In this document: positions 19,382 through 29,215 of the stretch, in pieces
How positions within the stretch are numbered: position 1 is the first letter of the stretch
How the letters are laid out: the number at the start of each line of letters is the position of its first letter
Origin: Eubacteriales bacterium
Lineage (GTDB): Bacteria > Bacillota > Clostridia > Oscillospirales > CAG-272
DNA length: 64,000 nucleotides
NCBI GenBank assembly: GCA_045533775.1
Contig: JAZSIK010000055.1
Location: forward strand, 18,182 to 82,181
Reading direction: 5' to 3'
The notes under the pieces: model-generated
Databases searched by the model: none
What the model was told of the DNA's origin: nothing
The model's input: the letters and a program-made list of their open reading frames with translations, nothing else
Made by a program: the position numbers and the translations under genes

Positions 19382-20425
19382 GTGAGGAGCTATTTTCCGC
19401 GTCTGGTCGGAAACGATGATACGAGAGAGCGAATAGGAAGATCTATTGAAGGCTCTGCCGTTCCCCACGCATTTCTTATCGGAGGCCCGTCCGGCAGCGG
19501 TAAGACTGTCCTTGCCACCGAGATAGCCGCGGCTATGAACTGTGAAAGACGGGATGATGTCACCTCTCCCCTCCCTTGCGGTAAATGTAACTGCTGTCGG
19601 AGGATATACGAGGGCAACTTCCCGGATGTAAAAACACTGGCAAAAAAGAAGGACAAGGCGACTCTCGGCGTTGAGCCTGTAAAGGAGTTCAGAGAGGATA
19701 TGTTCCTCTCCTCTACTGAATCGGAGTATAAGATATACATTATTGACGACGCGGAGTCTATGACACCCGAGGCGCAGAACGCGCTGCTGAAGGTGCTGGA
19801 GGAGCCGCCGAGATCGGTTATCATCCTCCTTCTCGCGAAGGAATGTGACAGGATACTCACCACCATCAAGAGCCGCGCACAGTATATCTCTATGTCCCGC
19901 TTTGACGATGAGACCATCGCAGAGTGGCTGCTGAATGAGAGCCCCGAGGCGAGAACGCTGAGAGCCACCGATAAGGCAAGATTTTCCGGTCTTATTATGA
20001 GCTCTGACGGCAGACTCGGTCTTGCAAGTAAGCTTATCAGCAAGAGGCTGTTAGACGAGAGCGAGAGCGAGAGGGGCGAGATAGTAGAGCTGCTTCGCGC
20101 CCTGAGTCAGAAGGCGTCATATGCCGCAATCCACGCCGCCATATCCCGCTTTTCCACCAAGAGAGCCGAGCTGTCACTTACTCTTGAGAGGTTGATGAAC
20201 GCCCTGCGCGATCTTCTCGTCATCAAGTATGACCGCTCTGTCAAGACGGTGTTCTTCTCAAGCGGTGATGAGGCAACGGCTATGTGCGGTGATCTGCCGA
20301 GAAAACGGCTGGTCGGCATATATGACGCGGTGAGCGAGGCTCACGAGCTATGCGCAAGGAATGCCAATGTAACAAATCTTATCGCCAGTCTTACATCCAA
20401 TCTTAAGCAGGCGGCAAGCAACTAA
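19382..20425 (+). CDS. holB: DNA polymerase III delta' subunit
   Basis: GPSGSGKT, CGKCNCCRRI Zn module, and an SRAQ-type box (IKSRAQY). Start uncertain: GTG 19382 follows GGGAGGG, and the ORF extends up to 19355. Confidence 0.8.
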   Translation: MRSYFPRLVGNDDTRERIGRSIEGSAVPHAFLIGGPSGSGKTVLATEIAAAMNCERRDDVTSPLPCGKCNCCRRIYEGNFPDVKTLAKKKDKATLGVEPVKEFREDMFLSSTESEYKIYIIDDAESMTPEAQNALLKVLEEPPRSVIILLLAKECDRILTTIKSRAQYISMSRFDDETIAEWLLNESPEARTLRATDKARFSGLIMSSDGRLGLASKLISKRLLDESESERGEIVELLRALSQKASYAAIHAAISRFSTKRAELSLTLERLMNALRDLLVIKYDRSVKTVFFSSGDEATAMCGDLPRKRLVGIYDAVSEAHELCARNANVTNLIASLTSNLKQAASN

Positions 20426-20449
20426 AATAAAAAGTAAAAGGAAAGAAAA

Positions 20450-21373
20450 ATGTCCGACAAGATAAACAACGAAAACGAAATAGCCACCAACGAGACGGCT
20501 CTCCCCGAGAATGTGGAGATAGTAGGTATCAATTTCCGCGAGGCAGGAAAAATATACTACTTCTCTCCCGATAGCTACAAGCTGTCTGTGGGCGATATGG
20601 TGATCGTGGAGACCTCCCGCGGTGTGGAGATGGGTATGGTAAAGGTTGCTAACAAAATGATCAGCTCCTCCGAGATCGTATCACCTCTCAAGCCTGTGAC
20701 AAGGCCGGCTACCCAGCAGGATATTCAGCACTACGAGAAAAACCGCGCAGCAGAGGCAGAGGCTATTGCCATCTGCGAGAAGAAGGTAGCGGCGCATAAC
20801 CTGGGTATGAAGCTGGTGGGCGCAGAATACACCTTTGACAACTCCAAGCTCATCTTCTACTTTACCTGCGAATCCAGAGTTGACTTCAGAGAGCTGGTGC
20901 GCGACCTGGCATCTACCTTCCGTACCAGAATTGAGCTTCGCCAGATCGGTATACGCGACGAGGCAAAAATGCTGGGCGGTATAGGTGTCTGCGGCAGAAA
21001 GCTCTGCTGCTCGGGCTTCCTCTCCGACTTTGTACAGGTGTCTATAAAGATGGCAAAGGAGCAGAACTTCTCGCTCAATTCCTCTAAGGTATCCGGTGCC
21101 TGCGGCAGACTTATGTGCTGTCTCCGTTACGAGCACGAAACCTATGAGGAGGCTATAAAACAGACTCCCCCCGTAGGCTCGGTCGTAAAGACGGCAGATG
21201 GCGAGGGTACGGTCGTTGAGACCAAGCCTCTGGCAAGAGAGATAAAGGTAAAGCTCAACGGTGCAGATAAGGAAACTCCCAAGCTCTACAAGTGCCAGGA
21301 CGTCAAGGTCCTCTCCCGCCCCGGAAAGAAGGAAAGCAAGGATAATGACGAGCTGGATTTCCCCGAGGAATAA
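20450..21373 (+). CDS. ricT: PSP1-domain protein (YaaT/RicT-like)
   Basis: Conserved position after holB. PSP1 core with GVCGRKLCC...GACGRLMCCLRYE Cys motifs. Confidence 0.85.
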   Translation: MSDKINNENEIATNETALPENVEIVGINFREAGKIYYFSPDSYKLSVGDMVIVETSRGVEMGMVKVANKMISSSEIVSPLKPVTRPATQQDIQHYEKNRAAEAEAIAICEKKVAAHNLGMKLVGAEYTFDNSKLIFYFTCESRVDFRELVRDLASTFRTRIELRQIGIRDEAKMLGGIGVCGRKLCCSGFLSDFVQVSIKMAKEQNFSLNSSKVSGACGRLMCCLRYEHETYEEAIKQTPPVGSVVKTADGEGTVVETKPLAREIKVKLNGADKETPKLYKCQDVKVLSRPGKKESKDNDELDFPEE

Positions 21374-21471
21374 TGTTTTTTGCATCTTTTTCAAGTTTTT
21401 TATAAAATGTACTTGATTTTTTCCACAGATATGATAAAATATATGTGACAACAAAAATGGAGGTTAGTCAA

Positions 21472-21642
21472 ATGGCATACAAGATTTCCGATGAGTGCAT
21501 CAGCTGCGGCGCATGCGTTGATGCTTGCCCTACCGGTTGCATTTCCGAGGGTGACGGTAAGTACGAGATTAATGCTGATGAGTGCATCGGCTGCGGTTCT
21601 TGTGCTGACGCTTGTCCTGTAGGCGCTCCTGCAGAGGAATAA
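21472..21642 (+). CDS. 2x[4Fe-4S] ferredoxin
   Basis: CISCGACVDACP and CIGCGSCADACP. GGAGG RBS. Confidence 0.85.
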   Translation: MAYKISDECISCGACVDACPTGCISEGDGKYEINADECIGCGSCADACPVGAPAEE

Positions 21643-21727
21643 TTGATACTTATTCCCCAAAAGTGGGAAACGAAAAAAGCGGGGATATCTCCGCTTTTTT
21701 TCTGTAATACGAACCAAGGAATATACT

Positions 21728-22462
21728 ATGGAACGCTGTGATTTTGTAAACGATAAACTTAAGCTGATACAACAGACCGAGGGACTGACCTTTGGCACCG
21801 ACGCTCTGCTGCTGGCGGGCTATGTAAGCGGAAAATACAAGCGCGGCTGCGAGCTTGGATGCGGCAGCGGAATAATATCTATGCTTCTGCTCACGAGGGA
21901 GAAGCTCTGCTCTGCCGTGGCTCTTGAGGTACAGGAGGAGTACGCCCGTCTGAGCGAAAGAAACGCTGAGCTGAACGACCTTTGCGACCGACTTCAGATA
22001 GTTAACTGCGATCTGAGAGAATATCGGGCGGAGGGCGAGTTTGATCTGGTATACACCAATCCTCCCTATATGAAAACCACCTCGGGCAGACAGAATATGC
22101 TGGAAAAAAAGAATATTGCGCGCCATGAGGTATGCGGTGACATATACGATTTCTGCCGCTCTGCCGCAGGGATGCTGAAATACGGCGGCTGCTTTGCTGC
22201 GGTGTATCGCCCCGACAGGCTGGTTGACCTGTTAGATGCTATGCGCGATAGCAAAATTGAGCCAAAGCGCATAACCTTTGTCCACGCCGACTGTACATCC
22301 GAGCCCTCAATGGCTCTGGTGGAGGGTAAGATGGGTGGCAGATGCGGTCTTATCGTTACCCCGCCGTTGATAATCTACACGGACAAGGCTCATAAGACTT
22401 ACACAGACGAAATGAATTATATTATGGAGAACGGAAGCTTTTCTTCCCTGTATAAAAGATAA
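21728..22462 (+). CDS. SAM-dependent methyltransferase, tRNA1(Val) m6A37 (YfiC/TrmN6)-like
   Basis: GCGSG SAM motif and TNPPY catalytic motif. Confidence 0.7.
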   Translation: MERCDFVNDKLKLIQQTEGLTFGTDALLLAGYVSGKYKRGCELGCGSGIISMLLLTREKLCSAVALEVQEEYARLSERNAELNDLCDRLQIVNCDLREYRAEGEFDLVYTNPPYMKTTSGRQNMLEKKNIARHEVCGDIYDFCRSAAGMLKYGGCFAAVYRPDRLVDLLDAMRDSKIEPKRITFVHADCTSEPSMALVEGKMGGRCGLIVTPPLIIYTDKAHKTYTDEMNYIMENGSFSSLYKR

Positions 22463-22463
22463 A

Positions 22464-23324
22464 ATGACCGAAAAGAACAAGGTGGAAAAATCCACATTAT
22501 ATCTGGTGGCGACGCCCATTGGAAACCTCTCTGATATTTCCGAGAGAGCCATCAAGGTGCTGACCGAGGCCGACTTTATCGCGGCGGAGGACACGAGAAA
22601 CTCACTCAGGCTGCTCTCTGCCCTGGGTATAAAAAACGAGCTGGTGAGCTATCACGAGCATAATAAAAAATCAAGCGGCGAGCGTCTTGTAGCCAGGCTG
22701 CTTGGGGGTGAATCCTGCGCGCTCATCACCGATGCGGGTATGCCGGCTATAAGCGACCCAGGTGAGGATATTGTGGCTATGTGTGCCGAGGCGGGCATCA
22801 CCGTATCGGTTATTCCCGGTGCCTGTGCGGCGGTCTCCGCCCTGTCGGTTTCCGGCCTTCCCACCAGGAGATTTGCCTTTGAGGGCTTCCTCTCGGCTAA
22901 TAAGAGCGAGAGAAGAAAGCAGCTGGACAAGCTGTGCTCCGATGACAGAACGCTTATTTTTTACGAGGCACCTCACAAGCTGAGAGCCACGCTCTCGGAT
23001 ATGGCGGCGAGCTTTGGCAATGAGCGCAAAATATCATTCTGCCGCGAATTAACTAAGCTTAATGAAGAAATTATGCGTACGACTCTTGGTAAGGCGGTTG
23101 AATATTACGAAGCAAACGAGCCTCGCGGAGAGTATGTTTTAGTGGTTGAGGGCTTCAGCGGCGAGCTGATAGACGACTCTGTTGTACCTCTTCTCAGCCT
23201 TTCTGCCGAGGAGCACGTGGCAAGCTATGAGGCAACGGGTATGGCGAGAATGGACGCCATAAAGCGAGCGGCAAAGGATCGCGGTATGTCAAAGTCCGAG
23301 CTGTATAAAATACTCAACTCTTGA
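22464..23324 (+). CDS. rsmI: 16S rRNA (cytidine1402-2'-O)-methyltransferase
   Basis: LYLVATPIGNLSDIS...AEDTR, canonical RsmI N-terminus. Confidence 0.9.
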   Translation: MTEKNKVEKSTLYLVATPIGNLSDISERAIKVLTEADFIAAEDTRNSLRLLSALGIKNELVSYHEHNKKSSGERLVARLLGGESCALITDAGMPAISDPGEDIVAMCAEAGITVSVIPGACAAVSALSVSGLPTRRFAFEGFLSANKSERRKQLDKLCSDDRTLIFYEAPHKLRATLSDMAASFGNERKISFCRELTKLNEEIMRTTLGKAVEYYEANEPRGEYVLVVEGFSGELIDDSVVPLLSLSAEEHVASYEATGMARMDAIKRAAKDRGMSKSELYKILNS

Positions 23325-23470
23325 TTCTTTTTCTGCTAATAAAGAGACCTCCCCTTAGATTTGCGGGAGGTCTTTTTATATTTTTTTAATTATTTTGCGT
23401 GAAAATATTGTAATTATTCGCGTAATATGGTAAAATATATTATTAAAACCAAAGAAAGGCGGTGCTTCTC

Positions 23471-24580
23471 ATGGAAGAAAAGAAGGATATACTTCCCACC
23501 GAGGAAACCGAAAATAATATAGAAGAACAGCCTAAAAGCACGCTTGATGCCCTGCTCTTTGATGACGAGGGAGATTCCGTGCCCGATGCAGAGGAGGACG
23601 AAACCGACTACGAGTCTTTTATGGCCGAGTACCGCACGCTGATAAATCAGACCCTCTCCGCCGCTAAGGAGTCAACCGAGGGGACAAAAGCCGAAGGATC
23701 AAGCACCGAGTCGGGCAACGAGGCGAGCGAGGCGACTGTAAAACCCGAGCAGAAAAAGAAAGCGGCAAAAAAGAAGCCTGCAAAGGATAAGCCTATGGCT
23801 GCAAAGGCGGAGTCCGAGTGGGATGACGATATCACCCTTGCCCCCGAGGAATATCACGATGCCGACGAGGAGAAAAACGAAGCCGCGGCTATGCCCGAGG
23901 AGGACGAGCCCGACTTTGACCTGGGTGAGAGCGAGAGTGATGACGAGGGTAGATTCCAGCTCTCCATTGACTTTGACGGCAGGCGTCCCGAGATGCCTCG
24001 GCAGGAGGAGACGCAGGAGAGAGGCTACGACCCCGACAAGCCTCGCGCTATGGACTGGGTATACGATATTGCCGAGATATTTGTAATGGTTCTCGCGGCA
24101 GTGCTGCTGCTGACCTCCTTTGTTTTCAAGCACTCTGTGGTTGAGGGCGGGTCTATGAACAATACCCTCTCCGATGGTGATCATCTTATCATATCCAACC
24201 TGTTCTACACCCCCGAGCGCGGCGATGTAGTTGTATTTGAGGATTATTCCACCATACTGAAGAAGGCGGTGGTAAAGCGTATCGTCGGTCTGCCCGGCGA
24301 GACCGTACAGGTAAAGGTTGATGCCGAGGGCAACGTGCGCGTGTATATTAACGGCGAGCTGCTTGAGGAGGATTATGCCTTTAACGCAAAGGACACCAAC
24401 ATAGCGCAATACTATGAGCCCGTCACCCTGGGTGATGACGAGGTGTTTGTAATGGGTGACAACAGATATCACTCCACCGACTCACGAAACAGCGGTGTAG
24501 GTCCCATAAAGATTGATACTATACTCGGCAAGGTTCTGTTCAGATTTTTCCCATTTGACGACTTTGGCGGCATAGAATAA
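23471..24580 (+). CDS. lepB: signal peptidase I with a long acidic N-terminal extension
   Basis: EGGSMNNTL (Ser box), VKRIVGLPGE (Lys box) and GDNRYHSTDSR. The catalytic domain is preceded by one TM helix and about 190 aa of D/E/K-rich sequence. Confidence 0.85.
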   Translation: MEEKKDILPTEETENNIEEQPKSTLDALLFDDEGDSVPDAEEDETDYESFMAEYRTLINQTLSAAKESTEGTKAEGSSTESGNEASEATVKPEQKKKAAKKKPAKDKPMAAKAESEWDDDITLAPEEYHDADEEKNEAAAMPEEDEPDFDLGESESDDEGRFQLSIDFDGRRPEMPRQEETQERGYDPDKPRAMDWVYDIAEIFVMVLAAVLLLTSFVFKHSVVEGGSMNNTLSDGDHLIISNLFYTPERGDVVVFEDYSTILKKAVVKRIVGLPGETVQVKVDAEGNVRVYINGELLEEDYAFNAKDTNIAQYYEPVTLGDDEVFVMGDNRYHSTDSRNSGVGPIKIDTILGKVLFRFFPFDDFGGIE

Positions 24581-24596
24581 GACGAAGGAAAAGGAA

Positions 24597-25466
24597 ATGG
24601 CAACTAACCCGATACAATGGTTCCCCGGGCATATGGCAAAGACCAAGCGTATGATGCGCGAGTGTCTGCCCGAGGTGGATATAATCATAGAGCTGTTAGA
24701 TGCGAGGATACCCTACAGCTCAAAGAACCCCGAGATTGACGGATTGATCGGCAACAAGCCGAAGATCACCGTACTGACAAAATCAACCCTGGCTGACCCC
24801 GACAAAACTCAGATGTGGGTTGAAAAATACAAGCGCCAAGGCCAGCGGATCGTCGTTATTGACTCAAACGCGGGTATTGGAATTGACGCCCTTGCCGACG
24901 CGGTAAGAGAGCTGATGGCCGAGAAGCTGGAGAGGTATCACCTCAAGGGTATGGACGGCAGAAAGCTGAAGGCTATGATCGTGGGTATACCCAACGTGGG
25001 CAAATCCTCTCTTATCAACCGCATCGCAGGAAACAAGAAGGCAAAGGTGGAGGACCGCCCCGGTGTCACCGTGGACAAGCAGTGGGTACCCACCAAGATA
25101 GGCTTTGACCTGCTGGATATGCCTGGCGTGCTGTGGCCCAAGTTTGAGGATCAGACGGTGGGCGAGAACCTGGCGATGACCGGTGCAATACGCGATCAGA
25201 TACTTGACACCGAGGAGATCGCTATGATACTCTGCTCAAGGCTGATGAGAGTTGCACCCGAGCAATTTATGGCGAGATATAAGCTCACGCCTGAGATGAC
25301 CGAGGGACTTGATTCCTACGATCTCTTTGAGCTGGTGGGTCGCAAGCGCGGCTTCCTTATCAGTGGTGGCGAGGTAAATCACAAGAGATGCGCCGATACC
25401 CTGCTTGACGAGTTCCGCGGCGGTAAGATCGGCAGAATCACCCTGGAGCTGCCGGGTGACAGATAA
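24597..25466 (+). CDS. rbgA: ribosome biogenesis GTPase A (YlqF)
   Basis: WFPGHMAK start and circularly permuted GTPase motifs (LTKSTLAD...[12 protein letters not shown]...DMPG). Confidence 0.9.
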   Translation: MATNPIQWFPGHMAKTKRMMRECLPEVDIIIELLDARIPYSSKNPEIDGLIGNKPKITVLTKSTLADPDKTQMWVEKYKRQGQRIVVIDSNAGIGIDALADAVRELMAEKLERYHLKGMDGRKLKAMIVGIPNVGKSSLINRIAGNKKAKVEDRPGVTVDKQWVPTKIGFDLLDMPGVLWPKFEDQTVGENLAMTGAIRDQILDTEEIAMILCSRLMRVAPEQFMARYKLTPEMTEGLDSYDLFELVGRKRGFLISGGEVNHKRCADTLLDEFRGGKIGRITLELPGDR

Positions 25467-25477
25467 AGGAGACGGCT

Positions 25478-26077
25478 ATGCCAAGCTTTGAATATGAAGA
25501 CAGACGATATAACGAGGGCTATACTGCCGTTTGCGGTCTTGACGAGGCGGGACGGGGTCCTCTCTGCGGCCCCGTGGTGGCGGCGGCGGTAATTCTGCCC
25601 CGAGGACTTGTTATTGAGGGGCTTAACGACTCAAAAAAGCTTACCGAAAAGAAGCGGGAGGCGCTCTTTGATATAATCAAGGAAAAGGCGATCGCCTATG
25701 CCATTGCCGAGGCGAGCCCTGCGGAAATTGACGAAATAAACATACTTAACGCCTCTATGCTCGCAATGAGGAGGGCTGTGGAGGCTCTGCCCGTAAAGGC
25801 GGACTTTGCCCTTATAGACGGAAACTGCTCCCGCGGCTTTGATATTCCCACCGAAACGGTGGTAAAGGGAGATGCTATGAGCTATTCTATTGCGGCGGCA
25901 TCAATTCTCGCCAAGGTCACAAGGGACAGACAGTGCATAGAGCTTGACCGCGAGTATCCCGAGTACGGAATAGCAAAGCACAAGGGCTACCCTACCAAAG
26001 ACCATATGGAAGCGGTGAAAAAATACGGCCCCGCGCCTATTTATCGCAGAAGCTTCTTAAAGTTTCTTGACAAATGA
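25478..26077 (+). CDS. rnhB: ribonuclease HII
   Basis: [15 protein letters not shown] and DSKKL motifs. Confidence 0.9.
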   Translation: MPSFEYEDRRYNEGYTAVCGLDEAGRGPLCGPVVAAAVILPRGLVIEGLNDSKKLTEKKREALFDIIKEKAIAYAIAEASPAEIDEINILNASMLAMRRAVEALPVKADFALIDGNCSRGFDIPTETVVKGDAMSYSIAAASILAKVTRDRQCIELDREYPEYGIAKHKGYPTKDHMEAVKKYGPAPIYRRSFLKFLDK

Positions 26078-26532
26078 AAATACTTGAGATACTGACACCG
26101 AAGCGTATCATCGGCAACCTGGGAGAGCGGGAGGCGGCAAGATTTCTTCGCAAAAGTAAGTATAAGATCATAAAGAAGAATTATACTGCCTGCGGCTCGG
26201 AGATTGATATTATCGCAGAGAAGGACGGCATTACCGCCTTCGTAGAGGTGAAAACGAGGAATGTAAAGAGCCTCGGAGGTAAGGAGGCGCGCCCCGCCTC
26301 ATCGGTCACCGGCGAAAAGCAGAGGAAAATTATCAGGGCGGCGGCATATTATATTGCTCACAACAGACCTGACACGAGAATGCGCTTTGACGTTATTGAG
26401 GTATACACCGAGGGAGAAGGCAAGGCCACGAAGGTAAAGGAAATAAAGCATCTTATCTCTGCCTTTGACAAAAACACAGCCTTTGACTCCAAATACTATT
26501 ACCAGCAGAAAAAAGAAGGATCGGTTCTATGA
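26074..26532 (+). CDS. YraN-family (UPF0102) endonuclease-like protein
   Basis: GEREAARFL...SEIDIIA...FVEVKTR PD-(D/E)xK pattern. Conserved position after rnhB. Confidence 0.8.
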   Translation: MKILEILTPKRIIGNLGEREAARFLRKSKYKIIKKNYTACGSEIDIIAEKDGITAFVEVKTRNVKSLGGKEARPASSVTGEKQRKIIRAAAYYIAHNRPDTRMRFDVIEVYTEGEGKATKVKEIKHLISAFDKNTAFDSKYYYQQKKEGSVL

Positions 26533-28019
26533 AATACATAAGCACGAGAGGGGCACACAAGGAGGGCGTATCATCCGCCTATGCCATCAAAACAGGGCTT
26601 GCCTGTGACGGCGGACTTTTTATGCCCGAGAGCATCCCTGAGATTGATCTTGAGTTTATCAGAGAGCTCTCTGCCCTTTCATATCCCGAGAGAGCGGCGA
26701 GGGTGCTTTCTCTCTTCCTTGAGGATTACGGCTACGACGAGCTTCTGGCAGATGCCCACGCCGCCTATTCCGAGGACAAGTTTGTTCCCTCACCCGCGCC
26801 CATTACGGCTCTGTCGGGCAGAAAATATATGCTTGAGCTATGGCACGGCCCTACCTGTGCCTTTAAGGATATGGCTCTGCAGCTGATGCCCAGACTCTTT
26901 ACCCGCGCGCTGAGGAAGTGCGGTGAGGACAGAACTGCGCTTATACTCGTCGCCACATCCGGCGATACGGGAAAGGCGGCGCTGGAGGGCTATCGCGACA
27001 TTGATCAGACCAAGATACAGGTGTTTTACCCCGTAGACGGTGTGAGCAGAGTGCAGAAAAAGCAGATGCAGACCCAGGAGGGTCATAATGTGTCGGTGGC
27101 AGGTATAGAGGGCAACTTTGACGACGCGCAGAACGGTGTCAAGGCTATCTTCTCAGACGGAGATATTGTAAAGAGGCTTGAGGGGACGGGAGTATTTCTC
27201 TCCAGCGCCAACTCTATTAACTGGGGCAGACTTGTGCCTCAGATCGTATACTATATCTCGGCATACTGCGATCTCTGCCTCAGCGGCGCCATACGGCTCG
27301 GCGACAGGATTGACGTATGCGTGCCCACGGGTAATTTCGGCAATATTTTTGCCTGCTATATTGCAAAGCGGATGGGTCTTCCCGTAGGGAAGCTTGTTTG
27401 CGCATCAAACAAAAATAACATTCTTACAGATTTTCTTTCCAAGGGTGTTTATGACAGAAACCGACATTTCTATGCGACTATGTCACCATCAATGGATATA
27501 CTTATTTCTTCAAACCTTGAGAGGCTTCTCTACCTCCTGTTCGGCAGTGAGAGGTGCGCGGAGCTTATGATGGAGCTGCGGGAGAGAGGCAGATATACCA
27601 TCACCGCCGAGGAGCTTTCTCTTATCAATGCCGACTTCGTAGGATACTATACCAACGAGGACGAGTGTGCCGCGACTATCAGAAGAACATACGAAAACGA
27701 AAAACGCCTCATAGACACCCACACGTCTGTTGCGCTTTCTGCAGCGGAAAGATATATGGATGACTACGAGACGCCCTCGGCTATGCTGGTGGTTTCCACC
27801 GCATCGGCATATAAGTTTGCCGCCGATGTGCTTCTCTCTCTTGGCGGCGATGTGCCGGAGAATGATCTTGACGCACCTGCGGTACTGAGTCAGCTGACGG
27901 GTACGGCTGTTCCCTCACCTCTTCTGGAGGCTATATCAAAGGAGACCGTACACAAGGCTATAATTGGCAGAACCAAGGAGGATATGGCAGAGGCCGTAAT
28001 TAATTTCGCTAAGGAATGA
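26529..28019 (+). CDS. thrC: threonine synthase (long form)
   Basis: PTCAFKDMALQ PLP-lysine motif, 496 aa. Confidence 0.9.
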   Translation: MKYISTRGAHKEGVSSAYAIKTGLACDGGLFMPESIPEIDLEFIRELSALSYPERAARVLSLFLEDYGYDELLADAHAAYSEDKFVPSPAPITALSGRKYMLELWHGPTCAFKDMALQLMPRLFTRALRKCGEDRTALILVATSGDTGKAALEGYRDIDQTKIQVFYPVDGVSRVQKKQMQTQEGHNVSVAGIEGNFDDAQNGVKAIFSDGDIVKRLEGTGVFLSSANSINWGRLVPQIVYYISAYCDLCLSGAIRLGDRIDVCVPTGNFGNIFACYIAKRMGLPVGKLVCASNKNNILTDFLSKGVYDRNRHFYATMSPSMDILISSNLERLLYLLFGSERCAELMMELRERGRYTITAEELSLINADFVGYYTNEDECAATIRRTYENEKRLIDTHTSVALSAAERYMDDYETPSAMLVVSTASAYKFAADVLLSLGGDVPENDLDAPAVLSQLTGTAVPSPLLEAISKETVHKAIIGRTKEDMAEAVINFAKE

Positions 28020-28217
28020 TCAGCATTCTCTGGGCTTAAAGGTGGCGCAGTTGGTGTGCGCCGAGCAATCTGCCTCTCTGGGTCCTACCGAGATACAGCC
28101 GGCATAGCAGTTGTTCTGGTCGGCGTGGTAGAGGCAGTTCTTAACGTCGCACTTTATGCCCTTGATGTGCTTTGAGGCATCGCACTTACACTCGTTATAA
28201 AGCTTTTTGTCTTCCAT
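28020..28217 (-). CDS. small Cys-rich protein (DUF1540-like)
   Basis: Two repeats of C-x-V-x-x-C-x-Y/H type. Its stop codon directly abuts the thrC stop. Confidence 0.55.
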   Translation of the reverse strand: MEDKKLYNECKCDASKHIKGIKCDVKNCLYHADQNNCYAGCISVGPREADCSAHTNCATFKPREC

Positions 28218-28328
28218 TTTGTTTTCCTCGTTTCATAATTTTTGCAGCTATGCTGCCACAGATCTATTATTGACGGGAGAGAATATTTTATACATTACGC
28301 GGCTCATTGCCGGGAAAGGATGATTTTT

Positions 28329-29054
28329 ATGTCGCTTTACACCATAGCAGATCTGCACCTGTCTACCCTTGACAAAACCAATAAATCTATGGAAGTCTTT
28401 GGAAAATCCTGGGCAGATTACATTTTAAGAATTGAAAACAACTGGCGGCATCTGATCACCGACCGCGATACCGTCGTAATACCCGGAGATGTATCCTGGG
28501 CTCTGTCGCTGGAGGAGGCGGAGAGCGATCTCAGGTTTCTTGCATCGCTGCCGGGCAAAAAAATCATAGGCAAGGGCAACCACGATTTCTGGTGGAGCAC
28601 GATGAAAAAGCACGAGGCATTTTTTGAAAAATGCGGTATCACGGGCATCTCCTTCCTGTTCAACAACGCCTACGAGGATGAAGAATATATTATCGCGGGC
28701 ACTCGCGGCTGGTACAATGATGAGGACGCCATAAACGCCCCCGACAACGCGGATTTTGATAAGCTTACGAACCGCGAGAATCTGAGGCTGCGCACAAGTC
28801 TTGCGGCGGCAAAAAGGTTGCAGGAGGCATCGCCTCACAAGGAGATCATCGTGTTTATGCACTTCCCTCCATTCTGGAACGGGAAGGCGTCCGCGGGGCT
28901 GATTGACGCCCTGAAGGAGTACGGCATCAAGCGGCTTTATTTCGGTCACATACACGGCAACTACACAATACCGCCCCACTTTAGCTATGAGGGCATTGAG
29001 ATGCATATTATCTCCGCCGACTACCTGAGATTTACCCCGAAGATCGTAAATTAA
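28329..29054 (+). CDS. metallophosphoesterase
   Basis: ADLHL, PGDVSW, GNHDFWW and FMHFPP motifs. Start placed at MSLYTIADLHL. Confidence 0.75.
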   Translation: MSLYTIADLHLSTLDKTNKSMEVFGKSWADYILRIENNWRHLITDRDTVVIPGDVSWALSLEEAESDLRFLASLPGKKIIGKGNHDFWWSTMKKHEAFFEKCGITGISFLFNNAYEDEEYIIAGTRGWYNDEDAINAPDNADFDKLTNRENLRLRTSLAAAKRLQEASPHKEIIVFMHFPPFWNGKASAGLIDALKEYGIKRLYFGHIHGNYTIPPHFSYEGIEMHIISADYLRFTPKIVN

Positions 29055-29215
29055 GCGGTAAAATAGTCAAAAAGACGAAAATACAGCCCATAATTTAGTA
29101 AAAAATACTAAGAATCTTTGCCTGTACTATTGACAAACGGTATTTTTTGATGTACAATATTATGGCATATTTGAAAATAATAAAATAATTATATATATTT
29201 CGGAGGAAATAAAAA

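Noticed and set aside
28017-28022. thrC and the convergent DUF1540-like gene have directly abutting stop codons, with zero intergenic bases and no terminator.
   Set aside because: This is real but unremarkable: a compact convergent arrangement. No further signal was found.
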